Source of the DNA: Eledone cirrhosa
Taxonomy: Eukaryota
Length of the DNA: 64,000 nt
Assembly: GCA_964016885.1 (NCBI GenBank)
Contig: OZ024742.1
Span: 212,598,001-212,662,000, forward strand
Reading direction: 5' to 3'
Under the pieces are notes generated by a model that was given only the letters and a program-made list of their open reading frames with translations, was not told the origin of the DNA and did no database searches. Numbering within the stretch: position 1 is the first letter of the stretch; the number at the start of each line of letters is the position of its first letter. The translations under genes and the position numbers were made by a program. Positions 12,001 through 28,400 of the stretch are shown piece after piece.

Positions 12001-15000
12001 CTATGTATGTAGTGCTATAACTATGGAACAAGATTGAAAACATAATCTATATTATGTTCTATGTATGTAGTGCTATAACTATGGAACAAGATTGAAGACA
12101 TAATCTATATATGGTCTATGTATGTAGTGCTATAACTATGGAACAAGATTGAAGACATAATCTATATTATGTTCTATGTATGTAGTGCTATAACTATGGA
12201 ACAAGATTGAAGACATAATCTATATTATGTTCTATGTATGTAGTGGTATAACTATGAAACAAGATCAAAGACATAATCTATATTATGTTCTATGTATGTA
12301 GTGCTATAACTATGGAACAAGATTGAAGACATAATCTATATTATGGTCTATGTATGTAGTGCTATAACTATGGAACAAGATTGAAGACATAATCTATATT
12401 ATGGTCCATGTATGTAGTGCTATAACTATGGCACAAGATTGAAGACATAATCTATATTATGGTTTATGTATGTAGTGCTATAACTATGGAACAAGATTGA
12501 AGACATAATCTATATTATGTTCTATGTATGTAGTGCTATAGCTATGGAACAAGATTGAAGACATAATCTATATATGGTCTATGTATGTAGTGCTATAACT
12601 ATGGAACAAGATTGAAGACATAATCTATATTATGTTCTATGTATGTAGTGCTATAACTATGGAACAAGATCGAAGACATAATCTATATTATGATCTACGT
12701 ATGTAGTGCTATAACTATAGAACAAGATTGAAGACATCATCTATATTATGGTCTATGTATGTAGTGCTATAACTATGGCATAAGATTGAAGACATAATCT
12801 ATATTATGTTCAATGTATGTAGTGCTATAACTATGGAACAAGATTGAAGACATAATCTATATTATGGTCTATGTATGTAGTGCTATAACTATGGCACAAG
12901 ATTGAAGACATAATCTATATTATGGTCTATGTATGTAGTGCTATAACTATGGAACAAGATTGAAGACAAAATCTATATTATGGTCTATGTATGTAGTGCT
13001 ATAACTATGGAACAAGATTGAAGACATAATCTATATTATGGTCTATGTATGTAGTGCTATAACTATGGCAAAAGATTGAAGACATAATCTATATTATGGT
13101 CTATGTATGTAGTGCTATAACTATGGAACAAGATTGAAGACATAATCTATATTATGCTCTATGTATGTAGTGCTATAACTATGGAACAAGATTGAAGACA
13201 TAATCTATATTATGTTCTATGTATGTAGTGCTATAACTATGGAACAAGATTGAAGACAATCTATATATGGTCTATGTATGTAGTGCTATAACTATGGAAC
13301 AAGATTGAAGACATAATCTATATTATGTTCTATGTATGTAGTGCTATAACTATGAAACAAGATTGAAGACAATCTATATTATGTTCTATGTATGTAGTGC
13401 TATAACTATGGAACAAGATTGAAGACATAATCTATATTATGGTCTATGTATGTAGTGCTATAACTATGGAACAAGATTGAAGACATAATCAATATTATGG
13501 TCTATGTATGTATGTAGTGCTATAACTATGGCACAAGATTGAAGACATAATCTATATTATGGTTTATGTATGTCGTGCTATAACTATGGAACAAGATTGA
13601 AGACATAATCTAAATATGGTCTATGTATGTAGTGCTATAACTATGGAACAAGATTGAAGACATAATCTATATTATGTTCTATGTATGTAGTGCTATAACT
13701 ATGGAACAAGATCAAAGACATAATCTATATTATGTTCTATGTATGTAGTACTATAACTATAGAAAAAGATTGAAGACATAATCTATATTATGGTCTATGT
13801 ATGTAGTGCTATAACTATGGAACAAGATTGAAGACATAATCTATATTATGGTCTATGTATGTAGTGCTATAACTATGGCAAAAGATTGAAGACATAATCT
13901 ATATTATGGTCTATGTATGTAGTGCTATAACTATGGAACAAGATTGAAGACATAATCTATATTATGCTCTATGTATGTAGTGCTATAACTATGGAACAAG
14001 ATTGAAGACATAATCTATATTATGTTCTATGTATGTAGTGCTATAACTATGGAACAAGATTGAAGACAATCTATATATGGTCTATGTATGTAGTGCTATA
14101 ACTATGGAACAAGATTGAAGACATAATCTATATTATGTTCTATGTATGTAGTGCTATAACTATGAAACAAGATTGAAGACAATCTATATTATGTTCTATG
14201 TATGTAGTGCTATAACTATGGAACAAGATTGAAGACATAATCTATATTATGGTCTATGTATGTAGTGCTATAACTATGGAACAAGATTGAAGACATAATC
14301 AATATTATGGTCTATGTATGTATGTAGTGCTATAACTATGGCACAAGATTGAAGACATAATCTATATTATGGTCTATGTATGTAGTGCTATAACTATGGA
14401 ACAAGATTGAAGACATAATCTATATTATGTTCTATGTATGTAGTGCTATAACTATGGAACAAGATCAAAGACATAATCTATATTATGTTCTATGTATGTA
14501 GTACTATAACTATAGAAAAAGATTGAAGACATAATCTATATTATGGTCTATGTATGTAGTGCTATAACTATGGAACAAGATTGAAGACATAATCTATATT
14601 ATGTTCTATGTATGTAGTGCTATAACTATGGAACAAGATTGAAGACATAATCTATATATGGTCTATGTATGTAGTGCTATAACTATGGAACAAGATTGAA
14701 GACATAATCTATATTATGTTCTATGTATGTAGTGCTATAACTATGGAACAAGATTGAAGACATAATCTATATTATGTTCTATGTATGTAGTGGTATAACT
14801 ATGAAACAAGATCAAAGACATAATCTATATTATGTTCTATGTATGTAGTGCTATAACTATGGAACAAGATTGAAGACATAATCTATATTATGGTCCATGT
14901 ATGTAGTGCTATAACTATGGCACAAGATTGAAGACATAATCTATATTATGGTTTATGTATGTAGTGCTATAACTATGGAACAAGATTGAAGACATAATCT

Positions 15001-18000
15001 ATATTATGTTCTATGTATGTAGTGCTATAGCTATGGAACAAGATTGAAGACATAATCTATATATGGTCTATGTATGTAGTGCTATAACTATGGAACAAGA
15101 TTGAAGACATAATCTATATTATGTTCTATGTATGTAGTGCTATAACTATGGAACAAGATCGAAGACATAATCTATATTATGATCTACGTATGTAGTGCTA
15201 TAACTATAGAACAAGATTGAAGACATCATCTATATTATGGTCTATGTATGTAGTGCTATAACTATGGCATAAGATTGAAGACATAATCTATATTATGTTC
15301 AATGTATGTAGTGCTATAACTATGGAACAAGATTGAAGACATAATCTATATTATGGTCTATGTATGTAGTGCTATAACTATGGCACAAGATTGAAGACAT
15401 AATCTATATTATGGTCTATGTATGTAGTGCTATAACTATGGAACAAGATTGAAGACAAAATCTATATTATGGTCTATGTATGTAGTGCTATAACTATGGA
15501 ACAAGATTGAAGACATAATCTATATTATGGTCTATGTATGTAGTGCTATAACTATGGCAAAAGATTGAAGACATAATCTATATTATGGTCTATGTATGTA
15601 GTGCTATAACTATGGAACAAGATTGAAGACATAATCTATATTATGCTCTATGTATGTAGTGCTATAACTATGGAACAAGATTGAAGACATAATCTATATT
15701 ATGTTCTATGTATGTAGTGCTATAACTATGGAACAAGATTGAAGACAATCTATATATGGTCTATGTATGTAGTGCTATAACTATGGAACAAGATTGAAGA
15801 CATAATCTATATTATGTTCTATGTATGTAGTGCTATAACTATGAAACAAGATTGAAGACAATCTATATTATGTTCTATGTATGTAGTGCTATAACTATGG
15901 AACAAGATTGAAGACATAATCTATATTATGGTCTATGTATGTAGTGCTATAACTATGGAACAAGATTGAAGACATAATCAATATTATGGTCTATGTATGT
16001 ATGTAGTGCTATAACTATGGCACAAGATTGAAGACATAATCTATATTATGGTTTATGTATGTCGTGCTATAACTATGGAACAAGATTGAAGACATAATCT
16101 AAATATGGTCTATGTATGTAGTGCTATAACTATGGAACAAGATTGAAGACATAATCTATATTATGTTCTATGTATGTAGTGCTATAACTATGGAACAAGA
16201 TCAAAGACATAATCTATATTATGTTCTATGTATGTAGTACTATAACTATAGAAAAAGATTGAAGACATAATCTATATTATGGTCTATGTATGTAGTGCTA
16301 TAACTATGGAACAAGATTGAAGACATAATCTATATTATGGTCTATGTATGTAGTGCTATAACTATGGCAAAAGATTGAAGACATAATCTATATTATGGTC
16401 TATGTATGTAGTGCTATAACTATGGAACAAGATTGAAGACATAATCTATATTATGCTCTATGTATGTAGTGCTATAACTATGGAACAAGATTGAAGACAT
16501 AATCTATATTATGTTCTATGTATGTAGTGCTATAACTATGGAACAAGATTGAAGACAATCTATATATGGTCTATGTATGTAGTGCTATAACTATGGAACA
16601 AGATTGAAGACATAATCTATATTATGTTCTATGTATGTAGTGCTATAACTATGAAACAAGATTGAAGACAATCTATATTATGTTCTATGTATGTAGTGCT
16701 ATAACTATGGAACAAGATTGAAGACATAATCTATATTATGGTCTATGTATGTAGTGCTATAACTATGGAACAAGATTGAAGACATAATCAATATTATGGT
16801 CTATGTATGTATGTAGTGCTATAACTATGGCACAAGATTGAAGACATAATCTATATTATGGTCTATGTATGTAGTGCTATAACTATGGAACAAGATTGAA
16901 GACATAATCTATATTATGTTCTATGTATGTAGTGCTATAACTATGGAACAAGATCAAAGACATAATCTATATTATGTTCTATGTATGTAGTACTATAACT
17001 ATAGAAAAAGATTGAAGACATAATCTATATTATGGTCTATGTATGTAGTGCTATAACTATGGAACAAGATTGAAGACATAATCTATATTATGTTCTATGT
17101 ATGTAGTGCTATAACTATGGAACAAGATTGAAGACATAATCTATATATGGTCTATGTATGTAGTGCTATAACTATGGAACAAGATTGAAGACATAATCTA
17201 TATTATGTTCTATGTATGTAGTGCTATAACTATGGAACAAGATTGAAGACATAATCTATATTATGTTCTATGTATGTAGTGGTATAACTATGAAACAAGA
17301 TCAAAGACATAATCTATATTATGTTCTATGTATGTAGTGCTATAACTATGGAACAAGATTGAAGACATAATCTATATTATGGTCTATGTATGTAGTGCTA
17401 TAACTATGGAACAAGATTGAAGACATAATCTATATTATGGTCCATGTATGTAGTGCTATAACTATGGCACAAGATTGAAGACATAATCTATATTATGGTT
17501 TATGTATGTAGTGCTATAACTATGGAACAAGATTGAAGACATAATCTATATTATGTTCTATGTATGTAGTGCTATAGCTATGGAACAAGATTGAAGACAT
17601 AATCTATATATGGTCTATGTATGTAGTGCTATAACTATGGAACAAGATTGAAGACATAATCTATATTATGTTCTATGTATGTAGTGCTATAACTATGGAA
17701 CAAGATCGAAGACATAATCTATATTATGATCTACGTATGTAGTGCTATAACTATAGAACAAGATTGAAGACATCATCTATATTATGGTCTATGTATGTAG
17801 TGCTATAACTATGGCATAAGATTGAAGACATAATCTATATTATGTTCAATGTATGTAGTGCTATAACTATGGAACAAGATTGAAGACATAATCTATATTA
17901 TGGTCTATGTATGTAGTGCTATAACTATGGCACAAGATTGAAGACATAATCTATATTATGGTCTATGTATGTAGTGCTATAACTATGGAACAAGATTGAA

Positions 18001-20700
18001 GACAAAATCTATATTATGGTCTATGTATGTAGTGCTATAACTATGGAACAAGATTGAAGACATAATCTATATTATGGTCTATGTATGTAGTGCTATAACT
18101 ATGGCAAAAGATTGAAGACATAATCTATATTATGGTCTATGTATGTAGTGCTATAACTATGGAACAAGATTGAAGACATAATCTATATTATGCTCTATGT
18201 ATGTAGTGCTATAACTATGGAACAAGATTGAAGACATAATCTATATTATGTTCTATGTATGTAGTGCTATAACTATGGAACAAGATTGAAGACAATCTAT
18301 ATATGGTCTATGTATGTAGTGCTATAACTATGGAACAAGATTGAAGACATAATCTATATTATGTTCTATGTATGTAGTGCTATAACTATGAAACAAGATT
18401 GAAGACAATCTATATTATGTTCTATGTATGTAGTGCTATAACTATGGAACAAGATTGAAGACATAATCTATATTATGGTCTATGTATGTAGTGCTATAAC
18501 TATGGAACAAGATTGAAGACATAATCAATATTATGGTCTATGTATGTATGTAGTGCTATAACTATGGCACAAGATTGAAGACATAATCTATATTATGGTT
18601 TATGTATGTCGTGCTATAACTATGGAACAAGATTGAAGACATAATCTAAATATGGTCTATGTATGTAGTGCTATAACTATGGAACAAGATTGAAGACATA
18701 ATCTATATTATGTTCTATGTATGTAGTGCTATAACTATGGAACAAGATCAAAGACATAATCTATATTATGTTCTATGTATGTAGTACTATAACTATAGAA
18801 AAAGATTGAAGACATAATCTATATTATGGTCTATGTATGTAGTGCTATAAGTATGGCACAAGATTGAAGACAATCTATATTATGTTCTATGTATGTAGTG
18901 CTATAACTATGGAACAAGATTGAAGACATAATCTATATTATGGTCTATGTAAGTAGTGCTATTACTATGGAACAAGATTGAAGACATAATCTATATTATG
19001 ATCTATGTATGTAGTGCTATAACTATGGCACAAGATTTAAGACATAATCTATATTATGGTCTATGTATGTAGTGCTACAACTATGGAACAAGATTGAAGA
19101 CATAATCTATATTATGGTCTATGTATGTAGTGCTATAACTATGGAACAAGATTGAAGACATAATCTATATTATGTTCTATGTATGTAGTGGTATAACTAT
19201 GAAACAAGATCAAAGACATAATCTATATTATGTTCTATGTATGTAGTGCTATAACTATGGAACAAGATTGAAGACATAATCTATATTATGGTCTATGTAT
19301 GTAGTGCTATAACTATGGAACAAGATTGAAGACATAATCTATATTATGGTCCATGTATGTAGTGCTATAACTATGGCACAAGATTGAAGACATAATCTAT
19401 ATTATGGTTTATGTATGTAGTGCTATAACTATGGAACAAGATTGAAGACATAATCTATATTATGTTCTATGTATGTAGTGCTATAGCTATGGAACAAGAT
19501 TGAAGACATAATCTATATATGGTCTATGTATGTAGTGCTATAACTATGGAACAAGATTGAAGACATAATCTATATTATGTTCTATGTATGTAGTGCTATA
19601 ACTATGGAACAAGATCGAAGACATAATCTATATTATGATCTATGTATGTAGTGCTATAACTATAGAACAAGATTGAAGACATCATCTATATTATGGTCTA
19701 TGTATGTAGTGCTATAACTATGGCATAAGATTGAAGACATAATCTATATTATGTTCAATGTATGTAGTGCTATAACTATGGAACAAGATTGAAGACATAA
19801 TCTATATTATGGTCTATGTATGTAGTGCTATAACTATGGCACAAGATTGAAGACATAATCTATATTATGGTCTATGTATGTAGTGCTATAACTATGGAAC
19901 AAGATTGAAGACAAAATCTATATTATGGTCTATGTATGTAGTGCTATAACTATGGAACAAGATTGAAGACATAATCTATATTATGGTCTATGTATGTAGT
20001 GCTATAACTATGGCAAAAGATTGAAGACATAATCTATATTATGGTCTATGTATGTAGTGCTATAACTATGGAACAAGATTGAAGACATAATCTATATTAT
20101 GCTCTATGTATGTAGTGCTATAACTATGGAACAAGATTGAAGACATAATCTATATTATGTTCTATGTATGTAGTGCTATAACTATGGAACAAGATTGAAG
20201 ACAATCTATATATGGTCTATGTATGTAGTGCTATAACTATGGAACAAGATTGAAGACATAATCTATATTATGTTCTATGTATGTAGTGCTATAACTATGA
20301 AACAAGATTGAAGACAATCTATATTATGTTCTATGTATGTAGTGCTATAACTATGGAACAAGATTGAAGACATAATCAATATTATGGTCTATGTATGTAT
20401 GTAGTGCTATAACTATGGCACAAGATTGAAGACATAATCTATATTATGGTTTATGTATGTCGTGCTATAACTATGGAACAAGATTGAAGACATAATCTAA
20501 ATATGGTCTATGTATGTAGTGCTATAACTATGGAACAAGATTGAAGACATAATCTATATTATGTTCTATGTATGTAGTGCTATAACTATGGAACAAGATC
20601 AAAGACATAATCTATATTATGTTCTATGTATGTAGTACTATAACTATAGAAAAAGATTGAAGACATAATCTATATTATGGTCTATGTATGTAGTGCTATA
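1..20700. repeat. Higher-order repeat domain with a shared ~30-monomer core cassette (block A) at variable period
   Basis: Marker GATCTACG at 774, 2452, 3667, 8293, 10087, 12692, 15181 and 17728, with GATCTATG in the same context at 19637. Flanking variants usually follow the same order: GGTATA/GATCAA, TCCAT, TAGCT, CATCAT, GGCAT, TTCAAT, ACAAAAT, GCTCT, (TATG)3, GTCG, CTAAAT. The 2452 copy is truncated. Confidence 0.9.
126..175. other. Imperfect dyad symmetry within the monomer (example copy; present throughout, strongest in T-allele monomers)
   Basis: TGTTCTATGTATGTAG-TG-CTATAACTATGGAACA (137-170) has 11 of 16 arm positions Watson-Crick and 3 more G-T. It is flanked by AATCT (126-130) and AGATT (171-175). 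Confidence 0.7.
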
Positions 20701-23700
20701 AGTATGGCACAAGATTGAAGACAATCTATATTATGTTCTATGTATGTAGTGCTATAACTATGGAACAAGATTGAAGACATAATCTATATTATGGTCTATG
20801 TAAGTAGTGCTATTACTATGGAACAAGATTGAAGACATAATCTATATTATGATCTATGTATGTAGTGCTATAACTATGGCACAAGATTTAAGACATAATC
20901 TATATTATGGTCTATGTATGTAGTGCTACAACTATGGAACAAGATTGAAGACATAATCTATATTATGGTCTATGTATGTAGTGCTATAACTATGGAACAA
21001 GATTGAAGACATAATCTATATTATGTTCTATGTATGTAGTGCCATAACTATGGAACAAGATTGAAGACATAATCTATATTATGTTCTATGTATGTAGTGC
21101 TATAACTATGGAACAAGATTGAAGACATAATCTATATTATGGTCTATGTATGTAGTGCTATAACTATGGCACAAGATTGAAGACAATCTATATTATGGTC
21201 TATGTATGTAGTGCTATAACTATGGAACAAGATTGAAGACATAATCTATATATGGTTTATGTATGTAGTGCTATAACTATGGAACAAGATTGAAGACATA
21301 ATCTATATTATGATTTATGTATGTAGTGCTATAACTATGGAACAAGATTGAAGACATAATCTATATCATGTTCTATGTATGTAGTGCTATAACTATGGAA
21401 CAAGATTGAAGACATGATCTATATTATGGTCTATGTATGTAGTGCTATAACTATGGCACAAGATTGAAGACAATCTATATTATGGTCTATGTATGTAGTT
21501 CTATAACTATGGAACAAGATTGAAGACATCATCTATATTATCTTCTATGTATGTAGTGCTATAACTATGGAACAAGATTGAAGACATAATCTATATTATG
21601 TTCTATGTATGTAGTGCTATAACTATGGCACAAGATTGAAGACATAATCTATATTATGGTCTATGTATGTATTGCTATAACTATGGAACAAGATTGAAGA
21701 CATAATCTATATAAAGTCTATGTATGTAGTGCTACAACTATGGAACAAGATTGAAGACATAATCTATATTATGTTCTATGTATGTAGTGCTATAACTATG
21801 GAACAAGATTGAAGACATAATCTATATTATGGTCTATGTATGTAGTGCTATAACTATGGAACAAGATTGAAGACATAATCTATATTATGGTCTATGTATG
21901 TAGTGCTATAGCTATGGAACAAGATTGAAGACAATCTATATTATGTTCTATGTATGTAGTGCTATAACTATGGAACAAGATTGAAGACATAATCTATATT
22001 ATGGTCTATGTATGTAGTGCTATAACTATGGAACAAGATTGAAGACATAATCTATATTATGGTCTATGTATGTAGTGCTATAACTATGACACAAGATTGA
22101 AGACAATCTATATTATGGTCTATGTATATAGTGCTATAACTATGGAACAAGATTGAAGACATAATCTATATCATGTTCTATGTATGTAGTGCTATAACTA
22201 TGGAACAAGATTGAAGACATAATCTATATTATGCTCTATGTATGTAGTGCTATAACTATGGCACAAGATTAAAGACATAATCTATATTATCTTCTACGTA
22301 TGTAGTGCTATAACTATGGAACAAGATTGAAGACATAATCTATATTATGGTCTATGTATGTAGTGCTATTACTATGGAACAAGATTGAAGACATAATCTA
22401 TATTATGATCTATGTATGTAGTGCTATAACTATGGCACAAGATTTAAGACATAATCTATATTATGGTCTATGTATGTAGTGCTACAACTATGGAACAAGA
22501 TTGAAGACATAATCTATATTATGGTCTATGTATGTAGTGCTATAACTATGGAACAAGATTGAAGACATAATCTATATTATGTTCTATGTATGTAGTGCCA
22601 TAACTATGGAACAAGATTGAAGACATAATCTATATTATGTTCTATGTATGTAGTGCTATAACTATGGAACAAGATTGAAGACATAATCTATATTATGGTC
22701 TATGTATGTAGTGCTATAACTATGGCACAAGATTGAAGACAATCTATATTATGGTCTATGTATGTAGTGCTATAACTATGGAACAAGATTGAAGACATAA
22801 TCTATATATGGTTTATGTATGTAGTGCTATAACTATGGAACAAGATTGAAGACATAATCTATATTATGATTTATGTATGTAGTGCTATAACTATGGAACA
22901 AGATTGAAGACATAATCTATATCATGTTCTATGTATGTAGTGCTATAACTATGGAACAAGATTGAAGACATAATCTATATTATGGTCTATGTATGTAGTG
23001 CTATAACTATGGCACAAGATTGAAGACAATCTATATTATGGTCTATGTATGTAGTTCTATAACTATGGAACAAGATTGAAGACATCATCTATATTATCTT
23101 CTATGTATGTAGTGCTATAACTATGGAACAAGATTGAAGACATAATCTATATTATGTTCTATGTATGTAGTGCTATAACTATGGCACAAGATTGAAGACA
23201 TAATCTATATTATGGTCTATGTATGTATTGCTATAACTATGGAACAAGATTGAAGACATAATCTATATAAAGTCTATGTATGTAGTGCTACAACTATGGA
23301 ACAAGATTGAAGACATAATCTATATTATGTTCTATGTATGTAGTGCTATAACTATGGAACAAGATTGAAGACATAATCTATATTATGGTCTATGTATGTA
23401 GTGCTATAACTATGGAACAAGATTGAAGACATAATCTATATTATGGTCTATGTATGTAGTGCTATAGCTATGGAACAAGATTGAAGACAATCTATATTAT
23501 GTTCTATGTATGTAGTGCTATAACTATGGAACAAGATTGAAGACATAATCTATATTATGGTCTATGTATGTAGTGCTATAACTATGGAACAAGATTGAAG
23601 ACATAATCTATATTATGGTCTATGTATGTAGTGCTATAACTATGACACAAGATTGAAGACAATCTATATTATGGTCTATGTATGTAGTGCTATAACTATG

Positions 23701-25450
23701 GAACAAGATTGAAGACATAATCTATATCATGTTCTATGTATGTAGTGCTATAACTATGGAACAAGATTGAAGACATAATCTATATTATGCTCTATGTATG
23801 TAGTGCTATAACTATGGCACAAGATTAAAGACATAATCTATATTATCTTCTACGTATGTAGTGCTATAACTATGGAACAAGATTGAAGACATAATCTATA
23901 TTATGGTCTATGTATGTAGTGCTATAACTATGGAACAAGATTGAAGACATAATCTACATTATGGTCTATGTATGCAGTGCTATAACTATGGCACAAGATT
24001 GAAAACATAATCTATATTATGGTCTATGTATGTAGTGCTATAACTATGGAACAAGATTGAAGACATAATCTATATTATGGTTTATGTATGTAGTGCTATA
24101 ACTATGGAACAAGATTGAAGACATAATCTATATTATGGTCTATGTATGTAGTGCTATAACTATGGAACAAGATTGAAGACATAATCTATATTATGGTTTA
24201 TGTATGTAGTGCTATAACTATGGAACAAGATTGAAGACATAATCTATATTATGATTTATGTATGTAGTGCTATAACTATGGAACAAGATTGAAGACATAA
24301 TCTATATCATGTTCTATGTATGTAGTGCTATAACTATGGAACAAGATAGAAGACATAATCTATATTATGGTCTATGTATGTAGTGCTATAACTATGGCAC
24401 AAGATTGAAGACAATCTATATTATGGTCTATGTATGTAGTTCTATAACTATGGAACAAGATTGAAGACATCATCTATATTATGTTCTATGTATGTAGTGC
24501 TACAACTATGGAACAAGATTGAAGACATAATCTATATTATGTTCTATGTATGTAGTGCTATAACTATGGCACAAGATTGAAGACATAATCTATATTATGG
24601 TCTATGTATGTATTGCTATAACTATGGAACAAGATTGAAGACATAATCTATATAAAGGTCTATGTATGTAGTGCTACAACTATGGAACAAGATTGAAGAC
24701 ATAATCTATATTATGTTCTATGTATGTAGTGCTATAACTATGGAACAAGATTGAAGACATAATCTATATTATGGTCTATGTATGTAGTGCTATAACTATG
24801 GAACAAGATTGAAGACATAATCTATATTATGGTCTATGTAAATAGTGCTATAGCTATGGAACAAGATTGAAGACAATCTATATTATGTTCTATGTATGTA
24901 GTGCTATAACTATGGAACAAGATTGAAGACATAATCTATATTATGGTCTATGTATGTATTGCTATAACTATGGAACAAGATTGAAGACATAATCTATATT
25001 ATGGTCTATGTATGTAGTGCTATAACTATGGCACAAGATTGAAGACAATCTATATTATGGTCTATGTATGTAGTGCTATAACTATGGAACAAGATTGAAG
25101 ACATAATCTATATCATGTTCTATGTATGTAGTGCTATAACTATGGAACAAGATTGAAGACATAATCTATATTATGCTCTATGTATGTAGTGCTATAACTA
25201 TGGCACAAGATTAAAGACATAATCTATATTATCTTCTACGTATGTAGTGCTATAACTATGGAACAAGATTGAAGACATAATCTATATTATGGTCTATGTA
25301 TGTAGTGCTATAACTATGGAACAAGATTGAAGACATAATCTATATTATGGTCTATGTATGCAGTGCTATAACTATGGCACAAGATTGAAAACATAATCTA
25401 TATTATGGTCTATGTATGTAGTGCTATAACTATGGAACAAGATTGAAGAC
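20700..25450. repeat. Block B higher-order repeat, three related units of about 27 and 24 monomers
   Basis: Marker AGTTCTAT at 21497, 23053 and 24438 (spacings 1,556 and 1,385 bp). It co-recurs with TATTGCT, TATAAAG, ATCATG and ATTAAAG..ATCTTCTACG. Confidence 0.85.
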
Positions 25451-28400
25451 ATAATCTATATTATGGTCTATGTATGTAGTGCTATAACTATGGAACAAGA
25501 TTGAAGACATAATCTATATTATGTTCTATGGATGTAGTGCTATAATTATGGAACAAGATTGAAGACATAATCTATATTATGTTCTATGTATGTAGTGCTA
25601 TAACTATGGAACAAGATTGAAGACATGATCTATATTATGGTCTATGTATGTAGTGCTATAACTATGGAACAAGATTGAAGACATAATCTATATTATGGTC
25701 TATGTATGTAGTGCTATAACTATGGCACAAGATTGAAGACATAATCTATATTATGGTTTATGTATGTAGTGCTATAACTATGGAACAAGATTGAAGACAT
25801 AATCTATATTATGTTCTATGTATGTAGTGCTATAACTATGGAACAAGATTGAAGACATAATCTATATATGGTCTATGTATGTAGTGCTATAACTATGGAA
25901 CAAGATTGAAGACATAATCTATATTATGTTCTATGTATGTAGTGCTATAACTATGGAACAAGATCGAAGACATAATCTATATTATGTTCTACGTATGTAG
26001 TGCTATAACTATAGAACAAGATTGAAGACATAATCTATATTATGGTCTATGTATGTAGTGCTATAACTATGGCATAAGATTGAAGACATAATCTATATTA
26101 TGTTCTATGTATGTAGTGCTATAACTATGGAACAAGATTGAAGACATAATCTATATTATGGTCTATGTATGTAGTGCTATAACTATGGCACAAGATTGAA
26201 GACATAATCTATATAATGGTCTATGTATGTAGTGCTATAACTATGGAACAAGATTGAAGACATAATCTATATTATGTTCTATGTATGTAGTACTATAACT
26301 ATGGAACAAGATTGAAGACATAATCTATATTATGGTCTATGTATGTAGTGCTATAACTATGGCAAAAGATTGAAGACATAATCTATATTATGGTCTATGT
26401 ATGTAGTGCTATAACTATGGAACAAGATTGAAGACATAATCTATATTATGTTCTATGTATGTAGTGCTATAACTATGGAACAAGATTGAAGACATAATCT
26501 ATATTATGTTCTATGTATGTAGTGCTATAACTATGGAACAAGATTGAAGACATAATCTATATATGGTCTATGTATGTAGTGCTATAACTATGGAACAAGA
26601 TTGAAGACATAATCTATATTATGTTCTATGTATGTAGTGCTATAACTATGAAACAAGATTGAAGACATAATCTATATTATGGTCTATGTATGTAGTGCTA
26701 TAACTATGGAACAAGATTGAAGACATAATCTATATTATGGTCTATGTATGTAGTGCTATAACTATGGCAAAAGATTGAAGACATAATCGATATTATGGTC
26801 TATGTATGTAGTGCTATAACTATGGAACAAGATTGAAGACATAATTTATATATGGTCTATGTATGTAGTGCTATAACTATGGAACAAGATTGAAGACATA
26901 ATCTATATTATGTTCTATGTATGTAGTGCTATAACTATGGAACAAGATTGAAGACATAATCTATATTATGTTCTATGTATGTAGTGCTATAACTATGGAA
27001 CAAGATTGAAGACATAATCTATATTATGTTCTATGTATGTAGTGCTATAACTATGGAACAAGATTGAAGACATAATCTATATTATGGTCTATGTATGTAG
27101 TGCTATAACTATGGAACAAGATTGAAGACATAATCAATATTATGGTCTATGTATGTAGTGCTATAACTATGGCACAAGATTGAAGACATAATCTATATTA
27201 TGGTTTATGTTTGTCGTGCTATAACTATGGAACAAGATTGAAGACATAATCTATATTATGTTCTATGTATGTAGTGCTATAACTATGGAACAAGATTGAA
27301 GACATAATCTATATATGGTCTATGTATGTAGTGCTATAACTATGGAACAAGATTGAAGACATAATCTATATTATGTTCTATGTATGTAGTGCTATAACTA
27401 TGGAACAAGATTGAAGACATAATCTATATTATGTTCTATGTATGTAGTGGTATAACTATGAAACAAGATCAAAGACATAATCTATATTATGTTCTATGTA
27501 TGTAGTGCTATAACTATGGAACAAGATTGAAGACATAATCTATATTATGGTCTATGTATGTAGTGCTATAACTATGGAACAAGATTGAAGACATAATCTA
27601 TATTATGGTCCATGTATGTAGTGCTATAACTATGGCACAAGATTGAAGACATAATCTATATTATGGTTTATGTATGTAGTGCTATAACTATGGAACAAGA
27701 TTGAAGACATAATCTATATTATGTTCTATGTATGTAGTGCTATAGCTATGGAACAAGATTGAAGACATAATCTATATATGGTCTATGTATGTAGTGCTAC
27801 AACTATGGAACAAGATTGAAGACATAATCTATATTATGTTCTATGTATGTAGTGCTATAACTATGGAACAAGATCGAAGACATAATCTATATTATGATCT
27901 ACGTATGTAGTGCTATAACTATAGAACAAGATTGAAGACATCATCTATATTATGGTCTATGTATGTAGTGCTATAACTATGGCATAAGATTGAAGACATA
28001 ATCTATATTATGTTCAATGTATGTAGTGCTATAACTATGGAACAAGATTGAAGACATAATCTATATTATGGTCTATGTATGTAGTGCTATAACTATGGCA
28101 CAAGATTGAAGACATAATCTATATTATGGTCTATGTATGTAGTGCTATAACTATGGAACAAGATTGAAGACAAAATCTATATTATGGTCTATGTATGTAG
28201 TGCTATAACTATGGAACAAGATTGAAGACATAATCTATATTATGGTCTATGTATGTAGTGCTATAACTATGGCAAAAGATTGAAGACATAATCTATATTA
28301 TGGTCTATGTATGTAGTGCTATAACTATGGAACAAGATTGAAGACATAATCTATATTATGCTCTATGTATGTAGTGCTATAACTATGGAACAAGATTGAA

